Shown piece after piece: positions 13,553 to 28,890 of a stretch of DNA of 64,000 nt (position 1 is its first letter; each line of letters begins with the position of its first letter). A model generated the notes under the pieces. That model made no database searches and was not told where the DNA came from. It saw only the letters and a list, made by a program, of their open reading frames with translations. The DNA is from the human T2T-CHM13v2.0 reference genome, Homo sapiens: assembly GCF_009914755.1 (NCBI RefSeq), contig NC_060932.1, one strand, 5' to 3'. Both the position numbers and the translations under genes were made by a program.

Positions 13553-15365
13553 GGAAGATCTACAATAGCTAAAAATAAGGAGTGGCAAAGTTTACAGACT
13601 TTGATTCAAAGTGGCCTTTTAATCCAGTGATAGGGCTTTGTAATTGAGAGCAATGCAAATGACCTTCCAAAATAAAAATGTCCAGTTTCTATTTACTTAT
13701 TGCATGTAATAATTATGATTAATACCTTTATATTCACATTTTATTACAAGTAAAGAGCACATTAAAATTTCTAGTTCATAGAATAATATTTTTATGAAAA
13801 ATATTTTCGTGCAGATTAGCTAGCTTTGCTTCAACTGAAATATTGTTTGATTTTATACTCAGTCAAGCCTGGTGCCTGGATTTTACACTGTTTAGGTATA
13901 AATATAAATATCCAGAGACCTTCTTTCTAAAAATCCCTGGTTTCAGCTGTTGCCCACAGCATAGATATCTGCTGCCAGGACCATGGGCAACGTGCTTTCT
14001 TTTTTCTCACTTGACTTCTGTTTTATTCCTTTGAGAAATTCTTTAATGGATCAGCCTTGGAAACCAGTTTTAAGAGACTTAGAGATAGCCCAGAGGCAAA
14101 AGACAATTTGAAGGGATTTTTAGGGCCAGGTCAAGTATCTGCTTGGCTTGTGAGTTTAGTCTTCCAGGAACAGTTCCAGTATCTCCTGCCCACAGCCACC
14201 GAGGTCCCACTCAAACTAATCGATTTCCATCATGCATCCCCTAGGCCGACACAGGACAAGTTCTGAGCTGAGCAAAAATACAAAATCTATGAACCCACTG
14301 GCATAAGGCTTTGACTTCTCTACATAGATTCTATCTGTGTTTCTTTACAGCTAATTGGGAAAGATTTGGGTGAATGCGTTAAAAAAGAAAACAGACAAGG
14401 AACCATCCTGGGTGGCTTTTACATTTTTCTGTTTTTCAAAGTCAAAGAGCTATGTCAGAGGACTCTCAGTCTTTAGGGAATCAGGAATAAGATCACAGAA
14501 GAAACATGTTTGTATAATTACACAAGCAGATCATCTCTGTCAACCCTGATTCTATCCCTCCTTCCAACAGTCTTTCAAGGTCTATCTTCCCATCTAGAAC
14601 CATGTTCTTTCTTGGAGGTAGGGCAGGGTAGGCATTCCTAATGAGGTGCTCTGTCACCAGACATTCTTATCCCCACCTCCAGATCTGTGGCGCTGCCTCA
14701 AGTTCTCCTCCTCCTCCCACTTCTTCCTCCTTTCCTCTCCTTCAGTTCACCTTGCAGCCACTACATTTGGTTCTGGTATTTTTTCAAGCCAAGAAATAAG
14801 AGTAGAGAAGAGATGAAACAGTACTTTTCAAGGTAGGTGTGTATGTAGGTATGGATATAAAAATGTCAGGGGATAAGAGGCTTCTTCAAACCCTTGTCTA
14901 ATAATATACGCCCTGGCTGGCCTGTTTCCACCCTGAGAATCACAGCACACACACAAGGCCAGATGTTGGTGATGGGAGCACTGAAGCAGAAAGGAGATGA
15001 GGAGACAAGAGAAGAAACGGAGAAGTAGGAAGAGCAACTGGATTCTGGAAAAATAATTTACTATACCAAATTAGAGAATGCAATTATAAAATCAACACTT
15101 TTCCCAAGCACCTGATTTCTCTCTAACTCTCTGTTACCTGCACTTAGAAGCACACTCTAAAATAAGCAAAAATGAAGGGCAAAGCAGACGATCCAGTGAA
15201 CCCAGCAGGGGCTGCAGATTCCTCACATCTGGGCTAGCAGTTGGGGTAAGGATTCATAGAATCAAGTGAGGAAGATGTGAGAAGGGTTTCTCTCCTCAAT
15301 TCAGTCAAGCCTCTTGCTTTCTCTATTTTATTCCTAAGGATTTCTTAAATCTCTAGTTTTTCCTC

Positions 15366-15728
<363 letters not shown>

Positions 15729-17026
15729 TGAAATATACTCTGGTGTGGTCTTTCCATATCTACACTTGTCCCTTCTTCTCCATTTTTATATCACAGCTTG
15801 AGGGATGCATAAAAAATGAAAATGTGAAATACTGCTTCCCTGGAATGGTTTCTCCATGCCCTTAAGAATGAGATCAAAATCCTTAACAATGCCCGTTATC
15901 ATATAGCTCCTATCTCTCAAAAGCCCTCTAAACTCGAACTATATTCTACCCTCTCACTTGTCCAAATATGCATTATACTTCTTATCTGCCTTGGTCCTGT
16001 GTGTATACATAGAATGTTCTTCTGTCTTCCCATCTTTGCCTAATAAATTCTCACTGCATTCCAAGAATATTCCAAAACTCAACTCTAAATACCCCAGATT
16101 ACCAAGATAAAAAGGACTTTGTATTTTATTAACATCCCAACAATATCTAGCTTCTCATTATAAAGAATGATCTCTTTTCAAACAAAAATATGTCTCTTAT
16201 GTGGTATTTTAAAAAGCTGATTTAGCAATAAAAGTATTTAAAATAATGCCCAATTAGTTGCAAGTAAGAGAAACCAATTAAAAATAAAGACAAGAAAATT
16301 TCTGATAAGGAATTTCAGATCAGAAAAACTCTAAGGGAGAAAGTGATGTTGGCCTTCAGGTGAGACTGGAACCAGGAATGGGAAATCTGTGTGCCCCACC
16401 CAAGGAGGCTGCTCTGTCAGCTGCACTCTACCACGGGTCCATGTGAGCTGTGGTGTAGACCTCACCCTCCATACAAAGGCTCTCTTTACCTCTGTAAAGC
16501 AGCAGATGGTTGTCCCTGTGCTGAAGTCATATCCCTGCTCACAAACTAGGTGACTAGCTTCTCAGTTTCCCAGTTTCTCATGACAAGAAGAGAGTATCCA
16601 ACTGACTCAGCTCAAGTCAGCTTTCTGTGTTATATCAGGAAATGGAGACATTGGGAACAAACTTGACCATTGGGTAGGGGATGAAATAGTTCTCAAAGAA
16701 GTAAAGGAGTGCAGATATGGACTTGGAAGAAACTCCAAAGGATTTATTCCAAATAAGCACAAGAACAATAGTCATAGTAAATAAATACTTTTAAGCATTA
16801 TCACATCAATTAGGACATATGTGTATATTTTATATATATAAAATATAATTATACATATATATCTGCCCTAATTGATAGGATAATGCTGAAAAGTATTTAC
16901 ATATTTTATATAAAATATATATTTATATTGTATATGTATATAAATATATAATACATTTTAATACATTATATAATATATGTTTTATATATATTATATATGA
17001 ACAATTTTATATATAGGAAAATTCAG

Positions 17027-17235
17027 ACTGGCTTTCCTCTCAGGTGAAATTTACTTAGCAACTATGATAGCAAATCATCGGGACTTTGCTGAAGTCACTT
17101 TCTCAGATCTTCTGGAAGGTCTACATTGAGTGGGCACCGTAAAAGATTGGTTTATGGCTTGGGTATTTCTTGCATTTTAATAAGGCTTGGAAACTTAGAC
17201 GTTATTCACTGCAGCTGCCAATCAAGTACTTGTGC
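17027..17235 (+). repeat. Local direct duplication 2, copy A (~205 bp) between TA-rich tracts
   Basis: ~89% match to 17798-18005; flanked by aattcag on both sides. Confidence 0.93.
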
Positions 17236-17245
17236 AATTCAGGCA

Positions 17246-17253
17246 TATATGTA

Positions 17254-17321
<68 letters not shown>

Positions 17322-17400
17322 TATATGAAATATATGAGATATATAAAAATATATTTTTAGGTTATATATATACCCATATATGCTGTAATTTTATATAAAA
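17246..17400. repeat. (TG)n(TA)n microsatellite and AT-rich tract
   Basis: Direct reading. Confidence 0.9.
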
Positions 17401-17797
17401 TTACATGTTTGCCATACCTACTAGGTACTCAGTGGTATAGCACACACTTGTGGTATAAATCTAACCTTGAGAAATGTATGTCTGGTATGCAAGAAAAATT
17501 AGCTATCAATTAATTGCAGAATTGATTGAATAAATTAATGCAGAGCATATTTCCATCTAATATTTGTTGAGTGCCTTTGATATGCGTTGTGCTTTCATGA
17601 ATTTATTAATGAGAAAGCTGTGTTGAGGGATGGGTCAGGTATTGTGCTAGAGATCAGAAAATTGGGGAAATTAATAAGGAAGGCTTCCTGCAGGAGGCAG
17701 GTCTTGAGCTGCATTTAAAATGCCGAATGCTTCAACAGCTGGCATTCTGTGATCTGTAGGAATAAGAAAAAAATTAGTACAAAGCAAAGCAAACCTG

Positions 17798-18005
17798 ATT
17801 GGCTTTCCCTCAGGTGAAATTTACCTGGCAACTGTAATAGTAAATCACTAGGACTTTGCTCAAGTCACTTTCTCAGATCTTCTGGAAGGCCTGCCTCGAG
17901 TGGGCACTGTAAAAGATTGGTTTATGGTTCGGGTATTTGTTACATTTTAATAAGGCTTGGAAACTTAGATGTTATTCACTCCAACCGCCAATCAAGTACT
18001 TGCGT
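17798..18005 (+). repeat. Local direct duplication 2, copy B
   Basis: ~89% match to 17027-17235. Confidence 0.93.
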
Positions 18006-19308
18006 AAAAGCAAGACAAACATAACAATAAATGCTAAGCACTCCAGCGTACAGCAACTCTGGCAGGATGTACTGCAGGCTTTATGAATGTATGAGAGTGA
18101 ATATACAGAAGCTTGGGAAAAGGTCATTGGTATTTTTGGAGCAATAAATCAAGTATGGAAAGATTTGCATTTTGGCTGTATAACATGCAGGACTGGATTA
18201 GAGGGAGAGAATACTTTGAAGTAATATTTCTCTGCTGACTTGTTTTATTAGCTTCTTTTAAACATGTTACATTATTGCTTATAGAATTTCATTTACTCGG
18301 ATTGGCAGCTTGATAAATACGTCTATTGGCGATGATTTGGATTGCTCTGGGCATTAATATTATTAAAACCTGTCACAAGGAAATGTCTGAAAGATGACTT
18401 ACTGTAAAGATTGCAGCATGAAATAAATCATCCAGTGGTATTTGTTACCATTTATGGCCTCTTGGAGCTGAGTCAATCCCTTTTTATGTTGCATTATTTT
18501 TCAAGTTTTTATAGCCTTACATTATATATTGCTGTCAGAAATGAACAGATGGGGTGTCGAACACAGGCTTTCTGAATAATTCCCACCCTCCAGTTATTGG
18601 TATGAAGGACAAGTGCAAAACTGCGTTCTCAAGCAAAAAGGAGAGAGAAAGAGGTGGGGAAGTTGCTGTTGAGGAAAGGGATCCCTTTGTCAGATGCTTT
18701 AGGCCAATCCCACCAGCTGGTTGGAATCCCTGACTGGCAGTCACCCTGTTTGGGTTTCAAGCAAGAGATGAGGTGGCTGTATCTGGCACCAGCAGCCAAA
18801 AACTGCAGTTTTCAAATGCATGTTTTTCCTGAGTGCCTCTTGCTGAGGCATCCACCTCCACATTTGGAGGTAAATGTGTCATATTACTTTTTTCCTAAAA
18901 AGCTGAGAAAATAAAAACCTGGTAGAACAAAAAGAAAGATGCACAGAAAGAATTGAATATTCTTTGAGTGAGTGACTAATACTGCAAACATCCTGTTGTT
19001 GGGCTTGGGGATGGGACATGAAGGATTCTGAGTAATGTGGATTGCTTTGCAGGGCCCTGGGCATCAATATAAAAAAAAATAAAAGGAGCACCCTGGAAGT
19101 TCTCAGCATCTCACAGAGGAGGGAGGAACATGGTGCTCCAAGACTTCCTACACACTGAAGGGCAATGTGCCCTTAGGGGTCATTAGCTGCCGCCACTGAC
19201 AAGACCGGGCAGCCACTAAACCTTTCGGGAGCCCTTCTACAAAGCTCTGAGGCTTTGCAACCATTGGAGGAGGAGAGAAAGTTAACTCACTAAAAGGCCA
19301 GCCAACTG

Positions 19309-19598
19309 TTTTTTTGTTTGTTTGTTTTTGTTTTTGAGACAGCATCTTGCTCTGTCATCTAGGCTGGAGTGCAGTGGCACCATCATAGCAGACTTGAGCA
19401 ATCCTCCCACCTCAGCCTCTGGGGTAACTAGTACTACAGTCATGAGCCACCATGCCCAGCTAATTTTTTAAATTTTTGGTAGGGATAGGGTCTCACTCTG
19501 TTGCCCACTCTGATTTCAAACTCCTGACCTCAAGTGATCCTCCCACCTTCACTTCCCAAAGCACTGGAGTTAACAGACGTGAGCCATTTCATCTGGCC
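19309..19598 (-). mobile_element. AluJ-like element
   Basis: Diverged antisense Alu; agccaac TSD-like flanks. Confidence 0.85.
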
Positions 19599-19869
19599 AA
19601 GCCAACCAACTTTTTAAGAGGAGGGGGAAACATGAAATTTTCCTCACCTAGTCTCCACACACACTATGACGTCCATTCTGAGTAGTTGTACAAAGTACTG
19701 GCATATTATAGAGGAACAGAAAATAGACACAAACCTGAGTGTCTGGAATTCAAATTCATTGCTCACCATCTTGAGAATTTGAGTGAGTCACTTAATTTCT
19801 CTTCATCATAAAATGTGGATAAAAATATTTTTTCCTGCCTACCTCATGGTGTTGCTGGGAAAAGTCAAA

Positions 19870-19908
<39 letters not shown>
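19870..19908. repeat. (CA)n microsatellite
   Basis: Direct reading. Confidence 0.95.
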
Positions 19909-19909
<1 letters not shown>

Positions 19910-20635
19910 TCAAGTTTACTGGCCCCTACATTTGTCAAAGATAGGTATTTGAGTTACCATGTTATAGCCAGATTCTTACCTTCTCTCCTATAAAGCTCTG
20001 CATCTTCACAAGTTTATCAATCTCTGTTACTCATCTCCTCATCCCCAGATCCCTAAATGTTCAGCCCTTTCTCCACCATCTCTTAAAAGTGCTACCTTAC
20101 TAGGAGCGATTTGCAGACAGTCATCTACAGCCTCTCCAAAAAGAGACCCATTCTCTCTTACCACACCTCTTGACTCCCTTGTCTCAATCATTTCTTCTTT
20201 TATGTCATTTCCGAAAGCACCTTTCATATGAGTTTCTATTTGTCTCATTCATGTGAGGATGTCATTTGGATAAGCCCATTTAAAAGTCCATATTTACCAA
20301 TCACACCTGAAACCAGCAGGGCTGTGGAGGAATGTTTCTTTCCAGGCAAAGTTCACAGCGTTGCTCCTTTTCATTTGAGATCTCATTCTTGAGTAGCACA
20401 GAAAGTTTTCTGTCCTTAACCCAGAGACAGAGTGTGTAAAAGGGTGAATTTCAGATAGTTGAGTTTATACAGGCAGTCAATTAGTTATGTATGCAGAGCT
20501 AGAATTTCTGTATTCCTGTGAGAGATACCTCTTGCCCCTTCTCTGCCTCTTTTTTCTCATTGCGTCTACAAAAGGACATTTGCATAAACCCCATCATCCT
20601 CACCAAATTGGCAGCACTGAGCCCCCATAGGCTGA

Positions 20636-20965
<330 letters not shown>

Positions 20966-21468
20966 TAAATATTGCATCATTCTATAAAATATGCATTTCT
21001 CTTTTTTCTTTCTTCTCCTTCCCTTCCTTTTCTATCCATCTCTTTTTTGCCTTCCTTATCTTTTGCATTTCATTTACTTTTACAAAGATATATTGAATGA
21101 GTCATCAAAGTTCTTAGCATCTTCTGAATAAGCATCATGATGTCTGTGTTTCCACATAGTAATTTTCTTGTCTCATGAGAGGTTAAAATTCACCAGGCTG
21201 AACAATCAGTGAATTACCTTTTCTTTCCTCTGGACATTTAGCATGAACCAGCCATCAATGTTCTCTCACCATGCTGAGAAAGTTGATGCTCACCAATTTC
21301 CTCTTCAGTTGGTGACCTATCATGCTTTAAAGAAGAGACACGTGGCACTAGGCTTGATGTCTGGCTCACTTAGTAACTGGCAGTCATATATTCTTTCCAG
21401 GCTAAATCCCCTATCTGTGAAATTAGAGAGAAAATGAGACATAATCATCTAAGCTTTGAACTTTATCA

Positions 21469-21874
<406 letters not shown>

Positions 21875-22366
21875 TTATAGTTGCCAAATATCTGTGTCCA
21901 ATCAGTTGCAAAATACTACCTCATGCAGAGTTCATAAATCCTCTTCCTTCTCCTAGTTTAGCTTTCATTTTAAAAAGTTATCATAAACTCACTAAAACCA
22001 TTAATTCATGTGTTAAACTATCTGAAAGGTAGGGATGCTTCTTCAGTGTGTTGGGTGTGGGGTTGGGAAGACTTGCAACTTTGACCCAGAGTGACCTGAG
22101 ATAATGAAGTTTCATAGTAATGGCTAATTACTGTTACCCACCTCTTTATTATTAATTCCACAATTCCGGCACATAAAATAACTTAATCATTTTCAGAATT
22201 TGCATGACTAATGGAGTGAGTTCTGATAGAATAAGGATAAGTTTCATAATTAGGTTTTGCTGGGAACTTGTGCAAACCAGTCTATTTATAATTTGGTCAG
22301 CTCCTGATTTTTAATGAGGACATTGAGAGGGACTAAAGCCTCTGGCAGCATTCACTTCATATTTTA

Positions 22367-22835
<469 letters not shown>

Positions 22836-22879
22836 CCAGGAAAAAAAAAAGAAAGAAAACCAAGCCTCTTGATTCTGTG

Positions 22880-24440
<1,561 letters not shown>

Positions 24441-24441
24441 T

Positions 24442-26170
24442 GAGATGTTCAATTTAAAACCACACCATTTATAAATTCGGAAAGGAGACTTTATTTCTTG
24501 TAAAAGGTTACAGCCTGTAAGGTGGCCATCCCACAAGCCGGGAAGTGTGCCTCCAGAAAAAACCAGAAACAGGAATTTCAAAGGAGAAGGGGTTGAGGTA
24601 GGAGATTTATGTTGAACAGGTTGGCAAAACAAACGTATTCAACAGGTTACAGGAAGAGCTATGGATATGCATGCAACATAAGACCCATGTTTACCTTGGG
24701 GTGGAGACTTAATATTTTTTTAATGTCAGCTTTAGGGGTACAAGTGGTTTTTTGGTTATATGGATGAATTGCATCGTGGTGAAGTCTGAAATTTTAGTGT
24801 ACCTGTCACCAAAGCAGTATGCATTGTACCCAATATGTAGTTTTTTATCCCTCATCCTCCTCCCAATGTCCCCCTTCTGAATCTTCAGTATCCCTTATAC
24901 CACTCTGTATGCCTTTGCATACCCATAGCTTAGCTCCCACTTAGAAGTCAGAACATACAGTATTTGGTTTTCCATTACTGAGTTACTTCACTTAGAATAA
25001 TGGACTCTACTTTCATCCAAGTTGTGACAAAATACATTATTTTGTTTTTTTTATGGCTGTGTAGTATTCCATGGTGTATATATACCACGTTTTCTTTATC
25101 CACTCATCAGTTGATAAGCACATAGGTTGTTTCCATATCTTTACAATTGTGAATTATGCTGCAATAAACATATGTGTGCAGGGGTCTTTTTGACATAATT
25201 ACTTATATTGCCTTTGGGTAGATACCCAGCAGTGGGATTGCTGAATTGAATGGTAGATCTGCTTGTGGTTCTCTAAGAAATCTCCACACTGTTTTCCATA
25301 CAGATTGTACTAATTTACATTCCCACCAACCGTGTAGAAGCATTCCCTTTTTGCCACATCCACTGTTTTTTGACTTTTAATAATGGCTATTCTGGCTGGA
25401 GTAAAGGTGATATCTCATTGTGGTTTTAATTTGCATTTATCTGATGATTAGTTGAGCATTTTTCTGAAAACGTTGAGCATTTTTTCACATGTTTATTGGC
25501 CATTTGTTTTTTTTTTGTTTTTTTTTTTTTTTTTGGAGAAATGAGACATTTAAATGTATCACAACTAGGCCCTAAACATCAAAATGCCTTTTCAGGGCAT
25601 GAAGGCATGTAAGAGTGTATCTTCTGGAAACCGGCCAGAACCAATCCATGGTTGATGGTCTTCTTATCTGTAGAAAGTGCTGAAATCAGTCTCTTGTCCA
25701 ATAAAAGCTGTAGTTATGGCTGGTAGAACAGAGATTAGTTAGTCAGAATGTGGTGGTGAACTACAAATTGTTTTAATATTGCTCATCTTGAGGTCAGTGC
25801 TTGTTTAGCTGCTAGAGAAACAAACAAAAAGCTTTGTGGCAGTTAGAATGTCATTTATTTCTTAGGTGTAGGGTACATGACTTAACCCTTGCCTAGAATG
25901 GCCTTAAGTTCCATTTGTAATTTGGTATCTTATTGCCACAAAGTGTCTGTTCTGTCAGTCTTATAATCTCTATTTTAACATTAATACTAGTCAGTAGTTA
26001 TGTTGAAACAATAGAAGGGACGGGGGTATCATGAGGCTCATCTAATCTCCTCTCCTGTCATGGCTGGGAACTCAGTTTTTAAAGATTTTTCTGGGTTGCC
26101 CTTGTCCAAGAGGGAGTCTGTTCAGTTGGTCGGGGAAAGGGGGATTTAGAATTTTATTTTTATTTTATAG
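24442..26170 (-). mobile_element. MER4-group (ERV1) solo LTR split by an L1 insertion
   Basis: Reverse complement begins aaataaaaataaaattctaaatcccc...ccaactgaacagac...aaaaactgagttcccagccatgac, typical of MER4-group LTRs; subfamily unverified. Confidence 0.65.
24716..25540 (-). mobile_element. L1PB/L1MA-like 3' end inserted in the LTR
   Basis: Antisense L1 3'UTR and ORF2 end (gggtagatacccag...gggattgctg...ttacattcccaccaac). Confidence 0.85.
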
Positions 26171-26434
26171 AGGAGAAAAACCAAGTAACAGAAACAAACT
26201 AAGAGATGATACCAATTTGGAATTATCAGAATTTGAAATAAGTATGATTAATATGTTAAAGACTCTGATAGAAAACATAGACAACATGGAACAACGAATG
26301 GACAATGTAAGCAGAGAGGTAGAAATCCTAAGAAATAATCAAAGGAAATACTAGAAATCAAAACCACAGTAACAGAAATAGAAAATGCCTTGATTGGCTC
26401 ACCAGTAGACTGGACAGTGTGAAAAGGAGAGTAG

Positions 26435-27588
26435 CTTTTCCTGCCACTCCTCCCTCCCCCACAACACCACTCTGGCTGCACCGTGCTCTGAACTCCAGGC
26501 TTCTGCTAAGCTAGTGCCACCTTCATCTCCCTTCAGCCCCATCACGATTATCTTCCAGGACCTCATCAGCCACAATGAGATGTTCTCTGACATTTACAAG
26601 ATCTGGGAGATCACAAATGGGCTGTGCCTGGAAGTGGAGCAGAAGATGCTCAGTAAGACAACAGGGAACACTGATGACTCACTCATTGGCAGAAATTCCT
26701 CCTCTGAAAGTACTGAGGATGAAGTTACTGAAAGCACGATAATCACTAGTGTTGATATTGTTACAAACCATCACTTGCAGGAAAGCATCTTCACAAAAGA
26801 AGCCTACAAGAAGTATATCAAAGATTACATGAAATCAATCAACGAAAAACTTGAAGAACAGAGACCAGAAAGAGTGAAACTTTTTATAACAGGAATGAAG
26901 AACAAATCAAGCACATCTTTGCTAATTTTAAAAACTACTAGTTCCATTTTTTTTTCTTTTTGAGATAGGGTCTCGCTCTGTCACCCAGGCTGGAGTGCAG
27001 TGGCACAATCACAGCTCACTGCAATTTCTGCCTCCTTTGTTCAAGTGATTCTCCTGCCTCAGTCTCTTCAGTAGCTGAGATTACAGGCATACACCACCAT
27101 GCCCAGCTAATTATTGTATTTTTAGTAGAGACAGGGTTTCACCATGTTGGCCAGGCTGATCTCGAACTCCTGACCTCAAGTGATCCACCTGCTTTGGCCT
27201 TCCAAAGTGCTTGGATTACAGGTATGAGCCATATGCCCAGCAAAACTACCAGTTCTTTATTGGTGAAAACCTAAATCCACCTGGCATGGTTGCTCTGCTG
27301 AACTACCGTAAGGATGGTCAGTATGACCCCATATATGATTTTTTAAGGAATGGTTTAGAAATTAAAAGATGTTAAGAAATTTGGTAATTACTTTGGATCT
27401 ATCACCTGTCATCATAACTGGCTGCCACTTGTCATCAACACAACACCAGAGATTAAGACAAATGAGACTGATGTCATCTTGAGCTTTTTAATTGATTTGA
27501 CTCTGACTTATTTGGTGTGGAGGCATCACTTTTAAGGAAAAAAAAACTTGTCATGTAGATTGTCTAAAAATAAAATGCATTTAAACTA
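26435..27588 (+). pseudogene. TPT1P8: TPT1 (TCTP) processed pseudogene (TPT1P8/FKSG2-like), full length with 5'TOP-like start and 3'UTR, interrupted by an Alu
   Basis: Intronless TCTP-like frame [19 protein letters not shown]...[17 protein letters not shown]...EEQRPERVK; starts at a cttttcc TOP tract; ACG at the ATG position (26544); 1-nt frameshift near 26895; C-terminal remnant and 3'UTR resume at 27242; AATAAA at 27569. Confidence 0.92.
26946..27241 (-). mobile_element. AluS inserted in the TPT1 retrocopy
   Basis: Poly-T then antisense Alu; TSD aaaactac(t/c)agttc at 26931-26944 and 27242-27255. Confidence 0.93.
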
Positions 27589-28890
27589 AGAAAGAGAGGG
27601 AATAAGTACTCTTGAGGATACATCTTCAGAAATTTTCCAAACTGATATAAAAGGGCATAAAGAAGAATACAAAATAAGAACAATATCAAAAGAAAGTGGG
27701 ACAAATTTAAAATGTGAATATATGCATAACTGGAATATGAGGAGGAGAAAGAAAAATGGAGAAGAAGAAATGTTTGAAGTAATAGTAGCTGAGACCTTTC
27801 TAAAATTAATAATGCCAACCCACAGACCTGGAAAGCTCAGAAAACAGGTAGGATACATAACAAAATATATACAACTATGCATATCATATTCAAACTGCTA
27901 AGAAAAAAAAGAGAAAATTGCAAAAGAACCCAAATGAAAAGAAGTCATCTTGCCCATGGAGAAACACGGAAAATAATTATAGTTGTCTTTTTGTCAGAAA
28001 CCATAAGTAAGAACAGAGTGAAGTGAATTAAAGTATTGAAAGAAAAAACCCCATCAACCTAAAATCCTATTTGCAGTAAAATTTTTCTTCAAAATTGAAG
28101 GAAACAGGCAGACTTCCTCAAACAAATTTTCTTCAAAATTGAAGGAAACAGGCAGACTTCCTCAAACAAAAACTGAGGCAGTTTATCACCAGCAGGCTTA
28201 CCCTAGAAGAAATGTCAAAAGATGGTAAGAAAGCCTTCAGGCAGAAGGAAAATTATATAGATCAGAAACTGAGATCTATATAAAGAATATTCAAGACAGA
28301 ATAAATGAATTAATTTTTTTTATTTTTAATTGACTTAAAATATAACTGTTTAAGGTATTAATAGTAAAATTGTATGAGGTGACCAATATACCTAGATACT
28401 TGAAATGAATGACAGCAGCATCATAAGAGATGGAAAGGATGAGTTGGAAATACTCTGCAATAAGCTACATGCACTATACATTAGGCAGTGTAGTGTTTTT
28501 CAAAGAGAAACTTAAATCAGTTAAAAATATATATTGCAAATTTGAGGTCAACTCCTAATTTAAAAAAATATATATAAGTGTTGTGTTGTGCTACAAAAAG
28601 AGATAAAATGAAATCATATAAAATGCTCAATCAAAACCAGAGAAGACAGGAAAGAAAGAACAAATGTAACAAATTAGAAAACAGTTACAAATGTGGTAGA
28701 CATTAATCCAACCATATCAACAATCTTTTCAATATGAGTGGCATAAATACAATTAAAAGACAGCTATTGTTAGAGTTGATAAAGAAACAAGATTCAACAT
28801 GTGCTATATATAAGAAATCTACTTTTAATATAAATATTTGGACAGATTAAAAATAAAATAATGAAGAAAGATAAATCATGCTAACACTTA

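Larger units (their letters stand above)
26171..28890 (+). mobile_element. Old L1M ORF1 to early ORF2 remnant hosting the TPT1 retrocopy
   Basis: ORF1-like text ctcaccagtagactggaca...gaataagtactcttgaggata...caacctaaaatccta; ORF2 EN start near 28720-28890. Confidence 0.75.

Noticed and set aside
26514-26543. GTG start giving a 149-aa TCTP-like protein
   Set aside because: Corresponds to retrocopied TPT1 5'UTR; the ORF caller allows bacterial-style alternative starts
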